DNA of 64,000 nt, taken from positions 1,509-65,508 of the forward strand of contig CAKSUD010000001.1 of assembly GCA_934500865.1 (NCBI GenBank), given 5' to 3'. The notes beneath the pieces are model-generated. The model saw nothing but the letters and a program-made list of their open reading frames with translations. It had not been told where the DNA came from and made no database searches. Positions within the stretch are counted from its first letter, which is position 1. Each line of letters starts with the position of its first letter. The position numbers were made by a program, and so were the translations under genes. Source of the stretch: an uncultured Clostridia bacterium. Lineage in GTDB: Bacteria > Bacillota > Clostridia > TANB77 > RGIG9151. Below are positions 59,173-64,000 of this stretch, in pieces.

Positions 59173-60528
59173 ATGGCGAGTAAGGTTTCCAGTATGTTTT
59201 TTTGTAATAATTGCGGATATGAGTCTCCCAAGTGGCTTGGGAAATGCCCTGCTTGTAATGAATGGAACACTTTTGTTGAAGAAAAGGTACAAAAAAGCAA
59301 AAATGGTTCTGTGCGTGAGAAGGTAGATTCTAAAATTGTTAAGCTGTCCGAAATTAAAATTGAGGAAGGGCAAAGATTTGAAACGGGCTTTGGAGAATTA
59401 AATCGTGTTCTAGGTGGAGGACTCACAAAAGGTTCACTGACACTTGTTGGAGGCGATCCCGGCATAGGAAAATCTACTCTGATTTTACAAATGTGCGACA
59501 GAATTTCTTGTGGAGGAAATGTTTTATATATTTCCGGTGAAGAGTCTGGAAGTCAAATAAAAATGAGAGCAGAAAGATTAAAAATTAAGAATGATAATAT
59601 TTTGTTTTTAAGTGAAACAGATATGAATGCTATTGAAGATAAGTTAAAGGAAAATAGACCGGAGCTACTTATTGTAGACTCTATACAGACAATGTACGAT
59701 CCGACAATGGAGTCGACTGCCGGAAGTGTTGGGCAGGTTAGGGCGATTACCGGAAGACTTATGGAAATAGCGAAAAAGCAAGGAATTACAACAATAATTA
59801 TAGGGCATGTAACTAAAGAGGGAACTATTGCAGGTCCTAGGGTTTTAGAGCATATGGTTGATACGGTTCTGTATTTAGAGGGTGAAAGATATTTTTCTTA
59901 TAGAATACTTAGGGCTGTAAAAAATAGATTTGGTTCTACTAATGAGATTGGTATTTTTGAAATGCGAGAGACCGGACTAGAGGAAATAACTGATCCGACT
60001 CAAATTATGATTTCTGAGAACAGGAATTCTCCTGGTTCGGCAGTTGTATGCACACTAGAGGGCACAAGACCAATGCTGGTTGAAGTACAAGCTTTGGTCT
60101 CACAAACTCCTTTTGGTATGCCAAGGCGTATGTCAACTGGGCTTGATTATAATAGACTTATATTATTGGCTGCGGTGCTTGAGAAGAAGGCTGGAATGAA
60201 TTTATATAACCAAGATATTTATCTAAATGTTATTGGTGGAATAAAGTTAAATGAACCTGCAGTTGATTTGGGTGTTGCAGTTGCTGTTATGTCAGGCTTT
60301 AGAAATTGCCCAATAAAGCCGGGAGGTGTTATTATCGGCGAAGTTGGATTAACCGGTGAGATAAGAGGGGTAAACTTAATTGAAAAGCGAATATATGAGG
60401 CTGAGAAAACAGGTTTTAATTATTGCGTTATACCAAAGAGCAATGGAAAGAAACTAGAGGGTAAGTATAAAATAGAAATTGTTGAAGCTGAGAATTTAGC
60501 TGATGTTCTAAATAAGATTAGCGAGTAA
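59173..60528 (+). CDS. radA: DNA repair protein RadA/Sms
   Basis: CNNCGYESPKWLGKCPACNEW zinc finger, GDPGIGKST Walker A, and a Lon-like C-terminus. RBS GGAGG before MASKV. Confidence 0.9.
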   Translation: MASKVSSMFFCNNCGYESPKWLGKCPACNEWNTFVEEKVQKSKNGSVREKVDSKIVKLSEIKIEEGQRFETGFGELNRVLGGGLTKGSLTLVGGDPGIGKSTLILQMCDRISCGGNVLYISGEESGSQIKMRAERLKIKNDNILFLSETDMNAIEDKLKENRPELLIVDSIQTMYDPTMESTAGSVGQVRAITGRLMEIAKKQGITTIIIGHVTKEGTIAGPRVLEHMVDTVLYLEGERYFSYRILRAVKNRFGSTNEIGIFEMRETGLEEITDPTQIMISENRNSPGSAVVCTLEGTRPMLVEVQALVSQTPFGMPRRMSTGLDYNRLILLAAVLEKKAGMNLYNQDIYLNVIGGIKLNEPAVDLGVAVAVMSGFRNCPIKPGGVIIGEVGLTGEIRGVNLIEKRIYEAEKTGFNYCVIPKSNGKKLEGKYKIEIVEAENLADVLNKISE

Positions 60529-60535
60529 GATTGGA

Positions 60536-61606
60536 GTGAGCAATATGAAAGATAAAGAGGTAATTGAAGTACTAAAAACTATTGCACCAGGTACTGAATT
60601 TAGGGAAGGACTTGAGAATGTCTTAAAAGCTAAAACCGGTGGACTTATTGTTGTAGGCGACTCACAAGAAGTTTTGGAATTAGTTGATGGTGGAGTAAAG
60701 CTTAATGCAGATTATTCACCTGCACTTTTGTATGAGCTTGCTAAGATGGATGGTGCAATTATTGTTAGTAAAGACCTGAAGAAAATTTTGTGTGCTAATG
60801 TTCAACTTGCACCGGATCATTCCATTTCTACTAATGAGACCGGTACTAGACATCGTACTGCTGAAAGATTTGCAAAGCAAACTGGAGAGCTTGTAATAAG
60901 TGTTTCACAACGTAGGAATGTAATTACGTTATTTAAGGGAAATGCACGTTATGTTCTCCCTGATACTTCTGTTGTTTTAACTCGTGCTAATCAAGCTATG
61001 CAAACTTTAGAGAAGTATAAGGCATCACTAGATGGTGTTATGAATAATTTGAATGCTTTGGAATTTGAAGATATGGTAACAGTAGAAAATGTTTGTACTG
61101 CTGTTCAAAGAATAATGTCTGTTTTAAAAATTTCAGAGGAGGTCGAAAGGTATATTTATGAACTTGGCGATGAGAGTAGACTTGTAGAAATGCAGTTAAA
61201 CGAATTACTTGGAACTACTAAACAGGATTTAGATTTGATTCTAAAAGATTATATGGAGATTACTAAGAAGAATACTGTGGATAGTGTAAGCAATAAAATT
61301 CGTGGTTTATCATATAATGAAATCTCGGATACTTCGGGAATAGCAAAAATTATAGGATATAATTCTGCTCAACAGTTTGATATGCTAATTTCTCCAAAGG
61401 GATATAGAATTTTATCTATGATTCCTAGACTTCCTACCAATATTATTGAAAATGTTGTTGGAAGCTTTAGAAATTTACGTGGAGTTCTTGCGTCTTCGAT
61501 TGAAGAATTAGATGAAGTTGATGGAATTGGGGAAGTGCGAGCAAGATATATAAATAGCAGTTTAAAGCGTATGAGAGAGCAAACTTTATTTGATATTAGG
61601 TTTTGA
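60536..61606 (+). CDS. disA: DNA integrity scanning protein DisA (diadenylate cyclase)
   Basis: DGAIIVS, TGTRHRTAERF, and a C-terminal HhH region. Confidence 0.85.
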   Translation: MSNMKDKEVIEVLKTIAPGTEFREGLENVLKAKTGGLIVVGDSQEVLELVDGGVKLNADYSPALLYELAKMDGAIIVSKDLKKILCANVQLAPDHSISTNETGTRHRTAERFAKQTGELVISVSQRRNVITLFKGNARYVLPDTSVVLTRANQAMQTLEKYKASLDGVMNNLNALEFEDMVTVENVCTAVQRIMSVLKISEEVERYIYELGDESRLVEMQLNELLGTTKQDLDLILKDYMEITKKNTVDSVSNKIRGLSYNEISDTSGIAKIIGYNSAQQFDMLISPKGYRILSMIPRLPTNIIENVVGSFRNLRGVLASSIEELDEVDGIGEVRARYINSSLKRMREQTLFDIRF

Positions 61607-61716
61607 CAAATTGGATATTTTGTGGTACAATATTAAATGTTGGTAGTACAGGTGAATTTAGTTATTTGTACTAATATTTAAATTCACTTTTTGGCGTTAG
61701 AACAGGAGGAATTGGT

Positions 61717-62208
61717 ATGTTTAATATTGGAGATAAAGTTGTGTATCCTATGCATGGCGCAGGGGTGATTGAATCTATAGAAGAAAAAGAGATTTTAGGT
61801 CAAAAACAAAAATATTACATAATGAAGATGCCTATAGGAGACATTCAAGTTATGGTACCTACTAATAATGCTCAGGAAGTTGGCATGAGGGAAGTTATTG
61901 CTTGCAAGGATGCTGACCGTGTTTTAAATGTATTATCTGGGGATATAACTGAAATGAATCCGAATTGGAATAAAAGATACAGAGAAAATATGGATAAAAT
62001 CAAGAGTGGAAATATTTTTGAAGTTGCCGAAGTTGTTAAAAACTTGGCTCACAAGAGTTCTGAAAAGGGACTTTCTACTGGGGAAAAGAAATTATATAAC
62101 AGTGCTAAGCAAATTTTAGTTAGTGAATTGGTTTTAGCAAACCAATCTTCTAAAAACGAAATAGAAGAATTAGTAAATGAAAAATTAGGACTAAATGAAG
62201 AAGCTTAA
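61717..62208 (+). CDS. carD: CarD-family transcriptional regulator (CdnL)
   Basis: MFNIGDKVVYPMHGAGVIESIEEKEILG motif. Confidence 0.8.
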   Translation: MFNIGDKVVYPMHGAGVIESIEEKEILGQKQKYYIMKMPIGDIQVMVPTNNAQEVGMREVIACKDADRVLNVLSGDITEMNPNWNKRYRENMDKIKSGNIFEVAEVVKNLAHKSSEKGLSTGEKKLYNSAKQILVSELVLANQSSKNEIEELVNEKLGLNEEA

Positions 62209-62322
62209 AATGACGAAGAAAATACTGTGAGAAATCACAGTATTTTTTATATAAAGTGAAACTTTTTTTGAAGTTTACTCGTCTAATTTACAAAAAATGT
62301 TGGAAAGGATGGATGTATACAT

Positions 62323-64000
62323 ATGGTTAAAGAACTGATGAAGTTGTTTGTTGCATGTGGAATTATTGGTGGAATTTCTGTTGCACCAGGAATGATTAAG
62401 ACTGAGAAGGTAGTTGAACCTAACTTAGATTTACCTACTGTTGGGACTGTTGAAAAATTAAAAGAATTGGTAAAGAAGGCTGAAGATAGCGGAGGTTACT
62501 ATAGAAATAACTATTTGTTTGATGGTATGATTGCTTTTAATACTGCTAAAACCGCTGATTTAGCTATGCCAGAGTCTGCTGTATCTGATAGTGCTAGCAA
62601 CAGTGATTATTCTACTACTAACGTACAGGTAGAGGGTGTTGATGAAGCAGATATTATAAAAAATGATGGTAAGTACTTATACCATTTATTAAATAATGAG
62701 CTTATTGTTAGTGAGATAAATCCGGCTTCAACTATGAAGGTGGTTTCAAGAATAAGCTATGATAAAGATTTTTCATTAAACGAATTATATATTGATAAAG
62801 ACTTGGTAATTGTTATCGGAAATTACTATAAAAGTGAAGGAAGTAAGCCAAGACACTACTACGGTGGCGAACAGTATACGAAGGTAATTATCTATGATGC
62901 TAAGGATAAGTCAAATTTAAAAGAAGTAAAACAAGTAGAGGTAAACGGATATTATAATTCTTCAAGAAAAATTGATAAGTCTCTATACTTAGTTGCCCAA
63001 AAAGGTATAAGTTATTATATGTTTGATGAAGACTTTGGGGTAATGCCTCTATATAGGGATACTGCTGTAAGTGAGGAAACCAAGGAAGTTTCTTGCGAAG
63101 ATATTCTTTATTTTCCTGAGTTTGAATGTACGCAATATATGATGACAGTTGGTATTGATTTAAATGACCTAAAGGCAGAAGCTAATATTTCAACATACTT
63201 AGGAAATAGTGAAAGCATATATTCTTCAAAGGATAATATGTATGTTACATTTACATCATATGATGCAGAAAGTAATAAAGCTGAACCGGTAGAAAATGAT
63301 ACGGCTTTAAGAAGAATAATTACACCAATTAATCGTTCTCAAAGTACTTCTATTTATAGATTTAAATTAGAAGATGGAAAAATGAACTGTAAAGCTACTG
63401 GAAAAGTATCTGGTTCAATATTAAACCAATTTTCTATGGATGAGAATAATGGATATTTTAGAATTGCCACTACAAAAGGTAGTGTAACAGGTATAGGAGA
63501 TAATGCTTCTCGTAATAATATGTATGTGTTAGATATGGATTTAAAACAAGTAGGTGCTATTGAAGATATTGCTCCCGGAGAGAAAATTTACTCGGTAAGA
63601 TATATGGGAGATAGGGCATATATGGTAACTTTTAGAAAGGTAGACCCATTATTTGTTATTGATTTATCTACACCTGATAAACCTGAAATTTTAGGGAAGT
63701 TAAAAATACCTGGATATAGTGATTATTTACATCCATATGATGAAAATCATATTATAGGGTTTGGTAAAGATGCTGCGGTTGTAGCAAATGAAGAAGGTAG
63801 TTGGGGTTGGGTTGATGAAGATAATACAGCTGCCTATTACCAAGGAATGAAAATTGCTATGTTTGATGTAACTGATCCGACAAATCCAATTGAAATGTGG
63901 AAAGAGGAAATTGGTGACAGAGGAACTGAATCTGAGCTATTAAATAATCATAAAGCATTATTGTTCTCAAAAGAAAAGAATTTACTTGCGTTCCCAATTA
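62323..64000 (+). CDS. Secreted/lipoprotein beta-propeller domain protein (COG4880-like), 3' partial
   Basis: The ORF runs to the window end. Possible lipobox FVAC. Motif VEGVDEADIIKNDGKYLY. Confidence 0.5.
   Translation, partial: MVKELMKLFVACGIIGGISVAPGMIKTEKVVEPNLDLPTVGTVEKLKELVKKAEDSGGYYRNNYLFDGMIAFNTAKTADLAMPESAVSDSASNSDYSTTNVQVEGVDEADIIKNDGKYLYHLLNNELIVSEINPASTMKVVSRISYDKDFSLNELYIDKDLVIVIGNYYKSEGSKPRHYYGGEQYTKVIIYDAKDKSNLKEVKQVEVNGYYNSSRKIDKSLYLVAQKGISYYMFDEDFGVMPLYRDTAVSEETKEVSCEDILYFPEFECTQYMMTVGIDLNDLKAEANISTYLGNSESIYSSKDNMYVTFTSYDAESNKAEPVENDTALRRIITPINRSQSTSIYRFKLEDGKMNCKATGKVSGSILNQFSMDENNGYFRIATTKGSVTGIGDNASRNNMYVLDMDLKQVGAIEDIAPGEKIYSVRYMGDRAYMVTFRKVDPLFVIDLSTPDKPEILGKLKIPGYSDYLHPYDENHIIGFGKDAAVVANEEGSWGWVDEDNTAAYYQGMKIAMFDVTDPTNPIEMWKEEIGDRGTESELLNNHKALLFSKEKNLLAFPI

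Overview
This is a 64-kb chromosomal segment from a low-GC, spore-forming Firmicute (Clostridia-like). It is almost entirely housekeeping, sporulation and cell-envelope core; I see no CRISPR array, integrase or transposase.

Gene content in order:
- Start of window: a 5'-truncated oxaloacetate-decarboxylase-alpha / transcarboxylase-5S-like carboxyltransferase that lacks its biotinyl domain. It is followed, 15 nt later, by a degenerate P-type-ATPase-like membrane protein.
- Minus strand: spoVAC-spoVAD-spoVAE and sleB-ypeB.
- A possible operon of upp, a pyrH paralog, a GT-C-like polytopic membrane protein and a UbiA-family polyprenyl-phosphate phosphoribosyltransferase (DPPR-synthase-like).
- tRNA-Leu(UAA) on the minus strand, then an orphan flagellin gene.
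- recJ, ctpA, serS, argS, a NUDIX hydrolase, a HigB/HigA-like toxin-antitoxin pair, and initiator-like tRNA-Met on the minus strand.
- A VanW lipoprotein, an M23 peptidase plus a minimal M50 site-2 protease, tsaD, PBP1A, and two unannotated tiny ORFs (a DUF951-like protein and a Cys/Gly-rich tiny transmembrane protein).
- murC and a GtrB-like GT2 (minus strand), spoVG, a YtxC-like hypothetical, and a GT4 glycosyltransferase with an 813-aa nucleotidyltransferase / inactive-phosphomannomutase fusion.
- A partial dcw cluster (mraZ with a GTGG operator array, rsmH, ftsL, PBP2B/SpoVD, murE, mraY, FtsW/SpoVE), then polA.
- A lytic transglycosylase, dCMP deaminase, and a carboxyltransferase + small ORF + free biotin carrier (transcarboxylase or decarboxylase-like).
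- lysS, glyQS, a GT2, a PHP phosphoesterase, nadE, pgm (minus strand), a GH15 enzyme, radA, disA, carD, and a 3'-truncated beta-propeller lipoprotein.

Most novel-looking candidates:
- (a) The pseudo-P-type ATPase sitting in the 'beta-subunit position' after the OadA-like gene.
- (b) The AftB/UbiA-like pair (GT-C-like membrane protein + DPPR-synthase-like) tied to upp and the pyrH paralog.
- (c) The split 5S / 12S / 1.3S-like biotin enzyme set.
- (d) A family of shared palindromic intergenic hairpin repeats.

Coordinates for features not in the ORF track are hand-derived and may be off by 1-2 nt.
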